A stretch of 33,054 nucleotides of DNA from Polyangiaceae bacterium (GTDB lineage Bacteria; Myxococcota_A; Polyangia; Polyangiales; Polyangiaceae). The first letter of the stretch is position 1; every line of letters begins with the position of its first letter. The position numbers and the translations under genes are program-made. Positions 19,947 to 29,711 of the stretch are shown here, in pieces. Below the pieces are notes generated by a model that worked only from the letters and a program-made list of their open reading frames with translations, was not told the DNA's origin and searched no databases. The stretch covers positions 1-33,054 of the forward strand of contig JAPSGB010000047.1 of the NCBI GenBank assembly GCA_035063585.1. Reading direction: 5' to 3'.

Positions 19947-21875
19947 ATGTTGCCGATCACCGTTGCCGCGGCGGCGCTGAATCAGACGCCGCTCGACTGG
20001 GACCGTAACCAGCGCAACATCCGCGCCGCGCTCGACGGCGCCCGCGCGGCAGGCGCCGGGCTCCTGTGCTTGCCCGAGCTCGCCATCACCGGCTACGGGT
20101 GCGAGGACGCATTCTCGTCGCCGTGGGTTCATGAGGAGGCGCTCGCCCGGCTCCGCGCGCTCCTCCCCGAGACGCGCGGCGTGGTGGTGGGGCTCGGCTT
20201 GCCGCTCTTCCACGCGGGCGCGCTCTACGATGCCTGCTGCCTGGTCGCGGACGGCAGGATCCTGGGATTTTCTGCCAAGCGCGAGCTCGCCGGGGACGGC
20301 CTCCACTACGAGCCGCGCTGGTTCAAGGCGTGGCCGGCCGGCGCGCGCGGGTGGTACGAGCTCGACGGCGTCGAGTATCCGGTGGGTGATCTCGTCTTCG
20401 ACTGCGGCGGGGTGCGCCTCGGCTTCGAGATCTGCGAGGACGCCTGGAGCGCGCGCCGACCCGGCGCGGAGCTGATGAGGCAGGCGGTCGACGTGATCCT
20501 GAACCCGAGCGCGAGCCACTTCGCGTTCGGGAAGTGCGACGTGCGCCGGCGGTTCGTGATGGAAGGCTCGCGCGCGTTCGGGGTGAGCTACCTCTACGCG
20601 AACCTGCTCGGCAACGAAGCTGGGCGCGCCATCTACGACGGCGACACCTTGATCGCGAGCGCGGGAGAGCTGCTCGCGAGCGGCCCGCGCTTCGCGCCGG
20701 GCGCGTGCACCTTGACGAGCGCGGTCATCGACGTCGAGCTGACGCGCGCGCGCCGCGCGTCGCTCTTCAGCTACCAGCCCGCGGTAGCCGCGGAGCCGGG
20801 CGCGTGCGTGAGCGTGCCTCACGCGTGGCCGCGCGCGGAGCGCGCGCCCGCGTCGCTGGCGGAGCCGGCCTGGGAGCGCTCGCCGCATCGCAAGGAGGAA
20901 GAGCTCGCCCGCGCGGTCCCGCTCGCGCTCTCGGACTACCTGGAGAAGTCCCGCGCGCGCGGCTTCGTCGTGTCGCTCTCGGGCGGCGCGGACTCCGCCG
21001 CGGTCGCGCTGCTCGCGTCGCTCGCCGCGCGCCTCGCGCGCGAGTGCCCGGAGCGCCCGGAGCCCACGCTCACCACGGTGTACCAGGCGACGCGGAACAG
21101 CTCCGAACGGACTCGCCAGGCCGCGCGCACGGTGGCGAGGCTCGCCGGCGCGCGCCACCTCGAGCTCGACGTCGACGCGCTGGTCGACGGGTACACGTCC
21201 CTGGTCGGCGGTGCGCTCGGCCGCGAGCTCTCGTGGGACACCGACGATCTCGCGCTCCAGAACATCCAGGCGCGCGCGCGCGCACCGGGCGCGTGGCTCA
21301 TCGCCAACCTCGAGGGCGCGCTCCTGCTCGCCACCGGGAACCGCTCCGAGGCCGCGGTCGGCTACGCCACCATGGACGGCGACACCGCGGGCGGGCTGAG
21401 CCCGCTCGCGGGGGTGGACAAGGCCTTCTTGCGCCGCTGGCTCGCGTGGATGAGGGACGAGGGGCCGCTCGGGGTGGGGCCGCTACCGGAGCTGTCGGTG
21501 GTCACCGAACAGGCGCCGACCGCCGAGCTGCGCCCGAGCGCGGCCGCGCAGACCGACGAGGCCGACCTCATGCCGTATGAGCTCCTCGGCGCGCTCGAGC
21601 GCGCCGCGGTGCGCGACCGGCGGAGCCCCGTGGAGGCGTACGAGCTCATGCGCGCGGCGTTCCCCGCGCTCGGGCGCCGGCAACTCTTCATCCATGTCGA
21701 ACGATTTTTCAAGATGTTCAGTAGCAGCCAGTGGAAGCGGGAGCGCTACGCGCCGGGCCTCCACCTCGATGACCTGAGCCTGGATCCGAAGACGTGGTAC
21801 CGATTTCCCATCCTCTCGGGCGGGTTCGCGCGCGAGCTGGAGGAGCTCCGGCGACGGGTCGAGCGGGAGCCCTGA
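19947..21875 (+). CDS. nadE: Glutamine-dependent NAD+ synthetase
   Basis: Nitrilase-fold domain (PELAITGY, K, ICEDAW) plus synthetase domain (LSGGADS, QNIQARAR, GNRSEAAVGYATMDGD, PTAEL, QWKR). Start 19932 or 19947. Confidence 0.95.
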   Translation: MLPITVAAAALNQTPLDWDRNQRNIRAALDGARAAGAGLLCLPELAITGYGCEDAFSSPWVHEEALARLRALLPETRGVVVGLGLPLFHAGALYDACCLVADGRILGFSAKRELAGDGLHYEPRWFKAWPAGARGWYELDGVEYPVGDLVFDCGGVRLGFEICEDAWSARRPGAELMRQAVDVILNPSASHFAFGKCDVRRRFVMEGSRAFGVSYLYANLLGNEAGRAIYDGDTLIASAGELLASGPRFAPGACTLTSAVIDVELTRARRASLFSYQPAVAAEPGACVSVPHAWPRAERAPASLAEPAWERSPHRKEEELARAVPLALSDYLEKSRARGFVVSLSGGADSAAVALLASLAARLARECPERPEPTLTTVYQATRNSSERTRQAARTVARLAGARHLELDVDALVDGYTSLVGGALGRELSWDTDDLALQNIQARARAPGAWLIANLEGALLLATGNRSEAAVGYATMDGDTAGGLSPLAGVDKAFLRRWLAWMRDEGPLGVGPLPELSVVTEQAPTAELRPSAAAQTDEADLMPYELLGALERAAVRDRRSPVEAYELMRAAFPALGRRQLFIHVERFFKMFSSSQWKRERYAPGLHLDDLSLDPKTWYRFPILSGGFARELEELRRRVEREP

Positions 21876-21964
21876 GCGCGGTCGCGCGCCGGCGAGGCGC
21901 GCAGGCGTCCGGCGAAGCCGAGGAAAGCCGATGAATTCATGAAGCATTCCCCGAGGCGTCTCCC

Positions 21965-22000
21965 TTGACTCTTGTCAATGTCGAGCGTCGACACTAGATA
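21965..22000 (+). promoter_or_regulatory. Candidate promoter with two adjacent palindromes
   Basis: TTGAC-TCTT-GTCAA (21965-21978), TGTCGA-GCG-TCGACA (21979-21993), and TTGTCA-N17-TAGATA. Confidence 0.5.
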
Positions 22001-22031
22001 GCCGTGCCTTGGAGGAGACTGGGAGCTCCGC

Positions 22032-23591
22032 ATGCGAATGAACGCACGTACGTTTCTTTGGGTAGTTGGAGTGGGCGCCTCGCTGGGGCTCGCCGCTCCG
22101 CGAGCGCAGGCGGGCGAGCCCGAGGGGACGCTCCACATCGAGGATCAGCTCGAGGAGGATCTCACGCCGGTCCCTGCGGGCATGGGCGCGATCTTCGTCC
22201 CGTCGCTGACCCGTCCGTCGCAGGAACCGGCGGTGGTCGTCGAGCGGTTCGGGGAGCGCGTGGCCTCGGGCTCGACGGGCTCGCGCATCGTCGTGCCGCC
22301 CGGCGCCTATCGCGTGCGGATCGGGCTCGACGAAGCCGGCGCGCCCACCGCCGACGTGAACGTGCTCGAAGGTCAGACCCAGGTGGTAAGGCCCTTCTTC
22401 GGCGCGGTGCGCGTCAACCTGGTGAGCGCGACCGGAGAGGCGGTGCTCGGCGACTACGTGATCGCGAGCGCGGATCGTCATCGAAGCTACGGGCCGGTGT
22501 CGATGGAGAAGGGGCCCAAGGCTCAGGCCCAGCCGAGCTTCCTCTTGGCCCCGGGGCGCTACGTGGTGGTTTACGGGCGCGACGCGGAGGCGCGCGAGGA
22601 TTCCTACGCGTTCACGGTGTCCGCGGGCGAGGTGGCGCGCTATCGCCTGGTCATCGACGACGATCGCGTGGTTCGCTTCGAGTTCGGGGACGAGCCGACC
22701 CGCGACACGGAGAGCATCTGGCGGCTCCGCTGGGTCATCGGCGCGAGCGGGAGCGTCACCCGCAACCAGAACACCTTCACCGGCGTCCAAGGTCAGTGGC
22801 TCTACGGCAACGCCTTCAGCCGTTTCGAGGCCGGGATCGACACGCTCCGGCACCTCGCCTTGCTGCGCTTGAACCTCGACCAGACCTTCCTCGGCGTCAC
22901 CGACGAGTACGGGGACAGTAAGCCGATCCGCCCCTACACGAACGAGCTCGAGGGCGAGCTCCTCTACAACTTCCGCGTGATCGGCCTGGTCAGCCCGTAC
23001 GCTCGCGCGCTCGCGCGCACGTCCTTGCTCGGCTCGAACTACGTGCCCGAGAGCGACGTGACCATCCAGACGCGGGACCTCGGCGGGAATACGCTGCGGC
23101 TCGAGCAAGCGGCGGCCGGCAGCAAGGTGACCACCTTCGACGCCTTCTCACCGCTCCAGCTCCAAGAGGGCGCCGGTATCGCGCTCACCATCCTCGACCG
23201 GGACGCGGCGACCCTCGTGTTTCGCGGCGGCGCGGCCTTCCGTCAGGCATACTATGGGGACGGGCGGTATCCGGTGGGGCGGAGCGGTAACGTAGTCGAC
23301 ATGCTGCACCTCGACGACAGCGAGCGCTTCGGCGGAGAGCTGACGGGGATCGCCGGGCTCCGGCTCTCGCAGGTCGTCTCGGTCGAGACGCGCTTCGACT
23401 CCTTCGTCCCGTCCAAGCAGTTCGGGGAGAAGCTCGAGCCCATCTTCCGATGGGACACCAGCGCCACCGCGCGGCTCGGACAGGTCGCGTCGATCGTCTA
23501 CACCTACTCTCTTCGCCGTGACGAGCTCGGGATCCCCGCGCTCCAGCAGGTCGAGTCCGTCGCGCTTCGACTCAACTACGCAATCTTCTGA
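22032..23591 (+). CDS. Secreted protein, probable outer-membrane beta-barrel with N-terminal beta-sandwich domains
   Basis: Signal peptide ending AQA; alternating hydrophobic beta strands; terminal LRLNYAIF fits a beta-signal. Confidence 0.7.
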   Translation: MRMNARTFLWVVGVGASLGLAAPRAQAGEPEGTLHIEDQLEEDLTPVPAGMGAIFVPSLTRPSQEPAVVVERFGERVASGSTGSRIVVPPGAYRVRIGLDEAGAPTADVNVLEGQTQVVRPFFGAVRVNLVSATGEAVLGDYVIASADRHRSYGPVSMEKGPKAQAQPSFLLAPGRYVVVYGRDAEAREDSYAFTVSAGEVARYRLVIDDDRVVRFEFGDEPTRDTESIWRLRWVIGASGSVTRNQNTFTGVQGQWLYGNAFSRFEAGIDTLRHLALLRLNLDQTFLGVTDEYGDSKPIRPYTNELEGELLYNFRVIGLVSPYARALARTSLLGSNYVPESDVTIQTRDLGGNTLRLEQAAAGSKVTTFDAFSPLQLQEGAGIALTILDRDAATLVFRGGAAFRQAYYGDGRYPVGRSGNVVDMLHLDDSERFGGELTGIAGLRLSQVVSVETRFDSFVPSKQFGEKLEPIFRWDTSATARLGQVASIVYTYSLRRDELGIPALQQVESVALRLNYAIF

Positions 23592-23598
23592 GGACCAC

Positions 23599-23991
23599 AT
23601 GCTTCGTGCATCATCCATCCTGCTCGGCGTCACGCTCGCGTTCGCGTCGGTGGCCTGCGGCGGGTCTCAGCGCCCCCCGTCGGCGCCCACCGAGACGCAG
23701 CAGGACGAGCTCATTCGATACCGCGCCGCGCTGGCCGATCTGCGGAGAAATCCCCTCGCGGGCGAGGCGACCGTCGATCTCGAGAAGGCGAGCGCCTGGC
23801 TCGAGACGGCCCAGGGGCTGCTCGTGAGCGAGGGCCGCACCGAGAAGACTCGCCTCTACCTCGACGCCGTAGAGGCCGAGCTCGTCAAAGTGAAGTCTCA
23901 TTTCGCGCGGCGAGCCGCTCAGCTCGCCATCCTGCCCCAGCCGGCTAGTACCACCAACCCCGACGCGGACGACAAGGAGGAGGCCCCGTGA
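23599..23991 (+). CDS. Small helical lipoprotein (DUF4398-like)
   Basis: GAGGA Shine-Dalgarno then ATG 23599; lipobox SVAC; helical body; GTGA overlap with the next gene. Confidence 0.7.
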   Translation: MLRASSILLGVTLAFASVACGGSQRPPSAPTETQQDELIRYRAALADLRRNPLAGEATVDLEKASAWLETAQGLLVSEGRTEKTRLYLDAVEAELVKVKSHFARRAAQLAILPQPASTTNPDADDKEEAP

Positions 23992-26900
23992 CTCGCCTCC
24001 CGAGATTGGCTCTTACCTCGAGTTCTTGGCTCATCGGCGCTCTCCTCATCGGGGGCTGCGGCGCGGCAGCGCGCCCCGCGGTGCTGGACGACGCATCGTC
24101 GATGCTCACTCGCAAGGAGACGGGGGAGCTTCAGAAGCTTCGACCCGAGCTCGTGCGGGAGGCTCGCGAGCGGCTGAAGGAGGCGGAGTCGGCGCACGCT
24201 CGCGGCGACGACGAGAGCGCGTCGCTCTACGCGAACATCGCCATCGCCCGCTACCAGACCGCCGTGAACTTCGTCGAGCGCGACTCGGCCCTGGTCCTCG
24301 CGCGGGCTCGCCGCGCCGATGACTCCGCGACCAGCGCCGAGCGCAAGCGCCTCGCGGCGCTCGAGGAGCGGCTCCGGCGGTTCGAATCGAACGGGAAGAA
24401 GGATCGCGCGCTCGACGACGCGCACGGCGTGGTGCTGAAGGCGAGGGACCGGCAGGCCGAGGCGATCCGCGAGGGGGCTCCGGCGACGGTGCCGGCGCGT
24501 TACGGTGCCGGTCGCGATTTGGTGGACACCGCCGTCGATCACCTGGCGGGCGGCGACGCCAAGGAGGCGACCCGCGACGCCGAGCGCGCGATCGCCATCT
24601 TCGACGAGGTGATCCTGCTCGCGCGTGATCGGCGCGCCGACGCGCCGGCGGCGCCGACTCCCGCGCCGGCCGCCCCGTCCGGGCCGGTCGTGGTGGTGGC
24701 GCCCTCCACGCCCGCGGCCGCGCCGGCCCCGGCGGTCGCGCCGGCTCCGGCCGAGAGCGACCGCGGCGGCGCGACGCGCGCGATCGCGGATCAGCGCATC
24801 CTCGAGCTGCAGCTGAAGCGCACGGAGCTCATCGGCCAAGGTGCGCGAGAGCGATGCGGCGACACCTTCAGCGAGTTCGAGGCGACCCTCGCGCTCGCCG
24901 AGCAGCGCTTCGACGCGCGGGATTATCCCCGCGCGCTCGAGGTGGCCGTGCTCGCCGGAGAGCGGGTTCGAGCCTGCGACCCGCGCTCGGCGCCGAGCAA
25001 GGACGTGAAGGAGCCGACGAAGCGCGAAGACGCCGCGGTCCGCGGCCGGGCGCTCTCCGCGCTGATGAAGGCCCAGGGAGAGCAGGCTCAGGCTACCGCG
25101 AAGTACCCGGAGGACAGGCGGCTCACCCAGAGCGGAGCGCTCGTGACGCGCGCCGAGCAGTGGTTCGAAAAGCAGGAGTACGAGGTCAGCGAGGGCTTCT
25201 CGCGCGACGCTAGCCTGCTCTTGGCCGAGATCGCGCGGACGCCCGAGACGGACAAGTCCGCGAGCAAGGAGCCGAAGGGCGCGCAGCCCGCCAAGGTGTC
25301 TTGCCAGGCGAGTCAGGATCGCATCCTGATGCTGAAGCAGCAGCTTGCGCGCGTCCCCGAAGACGCCTCTCCCGAACAGAAGAAGCAGCGACAGGACGCG
25401 CTCACCACGCTCGGGCAGGCCTCGCAGCGCGCGAGCGCCGGTGACTGCGCGAAGGCGGACGAGCTGACGTCCAAGATCAGCCGTGTCACCGAGGAGCTGC
25501 CCGGCGCGAGCGAGCCGCTCCCGCTCGAGTCACAGCAAGTCGAGGACTGGCGTCTCGCCTTCGAGGCCGCGCAGCAAGCGATGCGCGCTCGCGGCCAGGC
25601 CCAGCCGCGGACGGACGCCGGCCGAACCCTCTTCACGCGCGCCGACGCCCACCTCGAGCGAGCCAAGAAGGACTATCAGGCTCGTCGCTTCCGGGAGGCC
25701 GAGACGAACGCTCGGCTCGCGCTCGAGGGCTTTCAGGCGATTGGCAGCGTCGACGCGGGGGCTCGTCCGCCGGCGCTGCCGGCGGCTCCGGCCGCGGCGC
25801 TGGCGGCTGCTCCGCCGAGCTCGACTCGTCCCGAGGGCGGGCCGGCGGCGCCGCCGACCTCCGCCGAGCCGAGCGCGCCGGCGAAGCCCACGAGCGAGGA
25901 GCGGCCGAAAGAGACGGTGGTCGCGGTCCAGACTCCACCGGGCGCCGAGGCGCAGAGCTGGGGTCCGGCCTACCGAGCCATCACCGAGGCGCTCACCTTG
26001 CGTGATCGGATCGCGCCTACCGCGGGAGACGAGGACCAACCCGCGCTCAGTCGGGCCGCGCTCAACCTGAGCCGTTCGCGCGGCGCCTGGTCGCAGAAGG
26101 ACTACCGCTCCGCCGAAGAGTACGCGCGCTCCGCGACCGCCGACTACACGAGCGTGGCGCGCTCCGTTCGCGAGCGCGCCGCGAAGAACGCGCCCAAGGA
26201 GCAGGAGGCGCTCGAGCGGGCCGCGGCCGACGCGGTGCGCGAGGCCCAGGTCGCCGTCGAAATCTGCGCTCAAGAGCACTGCGACGATCGCGATGGCGCG
26301 GGGTACCTCCGCGGTAAGGCGCTCGCCGAGTCCGCCAAGAGCGCGGCGGACGACGGGGATCTCTCCTACGCGCTGGAGCTGGCCAAGCGAGCTCGGAAGA
26401 CGCTCGACGAGGTCGTGAAGAAGCCGCGCAAGAACCCGCCGCCGGTGCCCGTCGATCCCAAGCTCATCGAGCAGCAGAAGCAGGACGCGGACGCCGCGCT
26501 TCGCGAGGCGGACATCGCTCACGAGCTCTGCAAGAAGGAGGGCTGCGACAAGGTCGACGCGGAGAACTGGCTGCGCGCCGAGCAGCTCCTCGCGGCGGCG
26601 AAGCGCAACCAGAGCGACGGGCAGATGACCCAGGCTCGCGAGCTGTCGGAGCAGGCGCGGGCGCTCTTCAAGAAGATCTATGACGCCAAGCCGCGATTCC
26701 AGCTCCCCGAGGGAATCACCCACGTCGTCTTGCGTGACGGTCAGCTCGTATTGTCGCCGGCTCCGGAGTTCGCTCGGGGCAACGCGACCACGCTCACCCC
26801 GAAGAGCATGGAGGCGATCAAGGAGCTCGCCGCGGTCATCAAGGCGAACCGGGCCGCCATCAAGCTCGTCCGACTCGTCGGATACACCGACAATCGCGGG

Positions 26901-27092
26901 AGCGCGGCCGTGAACAAGTCGATCTCGGCGGGACGCGCGCGAACCATCCTACAGGCCTTGATCGCGGAAGGGGTCCCGGCGGGGCTCGTCACCTCGGAAG
27001 GTCGGGGCCCCGAGAACCCCATCGCTGACAACAAAACCGAGCCGGGGCGCGCCGCCAACCGCCGCGTCGAAATCATCCTCGAGCTCAACTGA
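23988..27092 (+). CDS. Large lipoprotein with repeated helical modules and C-terminal OmpA-like peptidoglycan-binding domain
   Basis: Lipobox IGGC; C-terminal VGYTDNRGS..N..IS..RA, GRGPENPIADNKTEPGRAANRRVEI. Confidence 0.88.
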   Translation: MTRLPRLALTSSSWLIGALLIGGCGAAARPAVLDDASSMLTRKETGELQKLRPELVREARERLKEAESAHARGDDESASLYANIAIARYQTAVNFVERDSALVLARARRADDSATSAERKRLAALEERLRRFESNGKKDRALDDAHGVVLKARDRQAEAIREGAPATVPARYGAGRDLVDTAVDHLAGGDAKEATRDAERAIAIFDEVILLARDRRADAPAAPTPAPAAPSGPVVVVAPSTPAAAPAPAVAPAPAESDRGGATRAIADQRILELQLKRTELIGQGARERCGDTFSEFEATLALAEQRFDARDYPRALEVAVLAGERVRACDPRSAPSKDVKEPTKREDAAVRGRALSALMKAQGEQAQATAKYPEDRRLTQSGALVTRAEQWFEKQEYEVSEGFSRDASLLLAEIARTPETDKSASKEPKGAQPAKVSCQASQDRILMLKQQLARVPEDASPEQKKQRQDALTTLGQASQRASAGDCAKADELTSKISRVTEELPGASEPLPLESQQVEDWRLAFEAAQQAMRARGQAQPRTDAGRTLFTRADAHLERAKKDYQARRFREAETNARLALEGFQAIGSVDAGARPPALPAAPAAALAAAPPSSTRPEGGPAAPPTSAEPSAPAKPTSEERPKETVVAVQTPPGAEAQSWGPAYRAITEALTLRDRIAPTAGDEDQPALSRAALNLSRSRGAWSQKDYRSAEEYARSATADYTSVARSVRERAAKNAPKEQEALERAAADAVREAQVAVEICAQEHCDDRDGAGYLRGKALAESAKSAADDGDLSYALELAKRARKTLDEVVKKPRKNPPPVPVDPKLIEQQKQDADAALREADIAHELCKKEGCDKVDAENWLRAEQLLAAAKRNQSDGQMTQARELSEQARALFKKIYDAKPRFQLPEGITHVVLRDGQLVLSPAPEFARGNATTLTPKSMEAIKELAAVIKANRAAIKLVRLVGYTDNRGSAAVNKSISAGRARTILQALIAEGVPAGLVTSEGRGPENPIADNKTEPGRAANRRVEIILELN

Positions 27093-27118
27093 CCCGGCGC
27101 TCTCTCCAGGAAAGTCCC

Positions 27119-27880
27119 ATGAAACCGCATCTCCCGGCGTGCGTTTCCCTCCCACTCGCTCTGTCCGCGCTCGCGCCTGCCGCGCTCGCGGCGGGCGAGC
27201 CGCCCGATCCGTTCGCTGACTACCAGGCCTCTCACCCCGAGTCGGCTCCGGTCGAGGTCGTCACTCCACCGGCGCGCCCCGGCACAGGTGGCGCGGACGC
27301 GGATGAACCGGCCGCGCTTCCGTGGAAGCAAGGGAGCTGGCAGATTGGTGGTTTCGGCACCTTCGAGTACGCCGGCTCGAACAGCGACTTGCTAAATGGC
27401 GGGGAAGAGAGCAATCGAAACCTCTTTCTCCGCATCGCGCCCCGCTTCGGATACTTCATCCTGGATCGCGTGGAGCTTGGCGGTTCGCTCGGGATCCTCA
27501 CCAAATCCCTGAACCGCGAAGGGAAGTCCCTCTCCAGCGAGACCGACTTCATGCTGGAGGCGACCATCTCGTATGCGGTCCCCGTCACGTCGCGTTTTGC
27601 CCTGGTTCCAGGCGCGGGGCTCGGGTTCTACCTCGGCTCGAGCTCTCGCCCGGTCAACCTCAACGGCACCGAGACCGACGAGGACACCAGCTCTCGCGGC
27701 ATCGCCTTCTCGATTTACCCGATGCTCGCGTACCAGCTCACCCCGGACTGGCAGATCCGAAGCGGGGTCGCCATGACGATGCTCTACGGCTCGGAGCTCA
27801 TCAAGAGCGCGGACGAGCGGCTCGGCACCTCGGCTGCCTATTTCGGCATCCCGATCCAGATCTCGTACACGTTCCACTGA
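27119..27880 (+). CDS. Outer-membrane beta-barrel protein (about 8 strands)
   Basis: Signal peptide; PRFGYFILDRVELG, VPGAGLGF, terminal ISYTFH. Confidence 0.75.
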   Translation: MKPHLPACVSLPLALSALAPAALAAGEPPDPFADYQASHPESAPVEVVTPPARPGTGGADADEPAALPWKQGSWQIGGFGTFEYAGSNSDLLNGGEESNRNLFLRIAPRFGYFILDRVELGGSLGILTKSLNREGKSLSSETDFMLEATISYAVPVTSRFALVPGAGLGFYLGSSSRPVNLNGTETDEDTSSRGIAFSIYPMLAYQLTPDWQIRSGVAMTMLYGSELIKSADERLGTSAAYFGIPIQISYTFH

Positions 27881-27980
27881 GCGGCCGGCAGCGCGCGGGC
27901 GCGGCGCTCGGGCCGGCTCTGCGGAGCCAGCATCGCGGCTGGATTTGGTGGCGGCGGCCGGTTCGCCTAGATTCCGAGGG

Positions 27981-28769
27981 ATGAGGCTACCTCGCCTTCA
28001 GCTCTTCGAGTTCAACGATCTCGACTGGGTGCCGGCCGCCGCGCGCGACACCATCGTGGAGGCGCTCTCGAGGAGCCTCGAGTGGGGACGCATGCTCGAC
28101 GGGTTGGTCGAGCCGTTCGCGCGCTTCATCGAGGAGGCTCGCGTGGACGAGGTCCTCGATCTCGGGGCAGGGGCTGGTGGTCCGGCGCGGATCCTGGCGG
28201 GGGCGATGGGGCGGAGCGGTCGCGTCGCGCCGCGCTTCGTCTTGACCGATCTGCACCCGCGCGTGGAGGCCTGGGAGCGCGCGCGCGCCCAGTATCCCGG
28301 CACCATCGATTTCGAGCCATCTCCGGTAGACGCCACCCGCGTCGCCCCGGAGATCGCGCGCGGTCGCGGGCGGACGCTCATCAACATCTTCCATCATCTG
28401 CCGCCCGCGCTCGCGCGAGCGGTCCTCGAGGATGCCGTGCGCGGCTCGCCGGGCGTCTTCATCGCCGAGGGGTTCGAGCGTTGTCCGGCCCAGTTCCTGA
28501 ATTTCGCGCCCGCCGGGCTGCTGGCGCTCTACGCCGGGCCGCTCTTCACCGAGCGTGAGCGACTCGCCAAGGCGGCGCTCACCTGGTTCACGCCCGCGGC
28601 GCTCCTCATGGGAACCTGGGACGGCGTCGTCAGCACGCTCCGAATCTACGAAGAAGCGGAGCTCCGTCAGATGGTGGCGCCGCTCGGTGAGCGGTTCCGC
28701 TGGACCTACGGCACGTATCGTTATTTTCCCCGTGGCAAAGGGCACTATTTCTACGGGGTACCTCGTTGA
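27981..28769 (+). CDS. Class I SAM-dependent methyltransferase-like protein
   Basis: RLQLFEFND, VLDLGAGAGGP, LTDLHP, VDAT, FHHLPP, WDGVVSTLRIY. Confidence 0.8.
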   Translation: MRLPRLQLFEFNDLDWVPAAARDTIVEALSRSLEWGRMLDGLVEPFARFIEEARVDEVLDLGAGAGGPARILAGAMGRSGRVAPRFVLTDLHPRVEAWERARAQYPGTIDFEPSPVDATRVAPEIARGRGRTLINIFHHLPPALARAVLEDAVRGSPGVFIAEGFERCPAQFLNFAPAGLLALYAGPLFTERERLAKAALTWFTPAALLMGTWDGVVSTLRIYEEAELRQMVAPLGERFRWTYGTYRYFPRGKGHYFYGVPR

Positions 28770-28796
28770 GCGCGCCGCTCCTTCGCGCCAGGCCCG

Positions 28797-29606
28797 ATGG
28801 TGCGAGCCGCGCTTGCTGCCGAGTGCGCTCGCGCGCGCCGAGGGGGTGAGGTGGCCCCCAGCCGATCTCCGAGAACCCTGACGGCGCTGCTCATCGCGGT
28901 GGCGGTCGGGGCCGGAGTGTTCGGGTCGTCCATGCTGCTGCTCGACGCCAGGCGCCGGTCTGCGCGTGGCTCTGGCGTCTCGCCGGAGCCCAGCCCGGCC
29001 GCCGCGCCCTCCGAGACCTCGGCGCCCGCCGCTCGCCGAGCTCCGGCCGCGCCCGCGCCGAGCTCGATGAGCGAGGTGGGGTCTACCGAGCGACTCCCGG
29101 GGCTGACCATCACCACCACCTTTCAGCCGTACAGCATCTCCGGGCGCACGAGCGCGGAGCTTCGCGCCGAGATGAGCCGGAAGGGGCCGTCCGACGCGGC
29201 CGGCCGGCATGACGCCTACACCCGGTGGCACGTGTCGTGGAAGCTCACGCCGACGCTGCTCGACGGCGCGTGCGAGGCCGGTCCGGTGCACGTGGAGGTG
29301 CAGGTCACCTATATCCTGCCGCGCTACATCCCGTCTGCCGACACCTCGCCCGAGGTCATCGAGGCGTGGAGCCGCTACCGGCGCGCGCTCCGCGTGCACG
29401 AGGATGGCCATCGGGACCACGGAGTGGAGGCCGGGCGCCAGATCTTGCGCGAGCTCGGCGCGCTCCGCGCTCGAGCCACCTGCGCCGAGCTCGAGCGCCA
29501 GGCGAACGACCGCGGCGCCGAGCTCATCGGCCTCTTCAGCGCCCGAGACCGGGGCTATGACGTCGAGACGCGGAGCGGGGCTACGCAGGGGGCGGTCTTT
29601 CCCTAG
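28797..29606 (+). CDS. DUF922 family putative Zn-dependent protease, membrane-anchored
   Basis: YSISGRTSAEL, HDAYTRW, HEDGH (HExxH), YDVETRSGATQGAVF. Confidence 0.82.
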   Translation: MVRAALAAECARARRGGEVAPSRSPRTLTALLIAVAVGAGVFGSSMLLLDARRRSARGSGVSPEPSPAAAPSETSAPAARRAPAAPAPSSMSEVGSTERLPGLTITTTFQPYSISGRTSAELRAEMSRKGPSDAAGRHDAYTRWHVSWKLTPTLLDGACEAGPVHVEVQVTYILPRYIPSADTSPEVIEAWSRYRRALRVHEDGHRDHGVEAGRQILRELGALRARATCAELERQANDRGAELIGLFSARDRGYDVETRSGATQGAVFP

Positions 29607-29711
29607 CCGTGCGCCGAGGCGGAGCCGCAGACCACGCGCCCATGCCGCTCCTCGCGTAGCCCCGCTCCGCGACCACGGCTCGCGCCCTTCGCCGGCGTGT
29701 CACCAGTCGCC

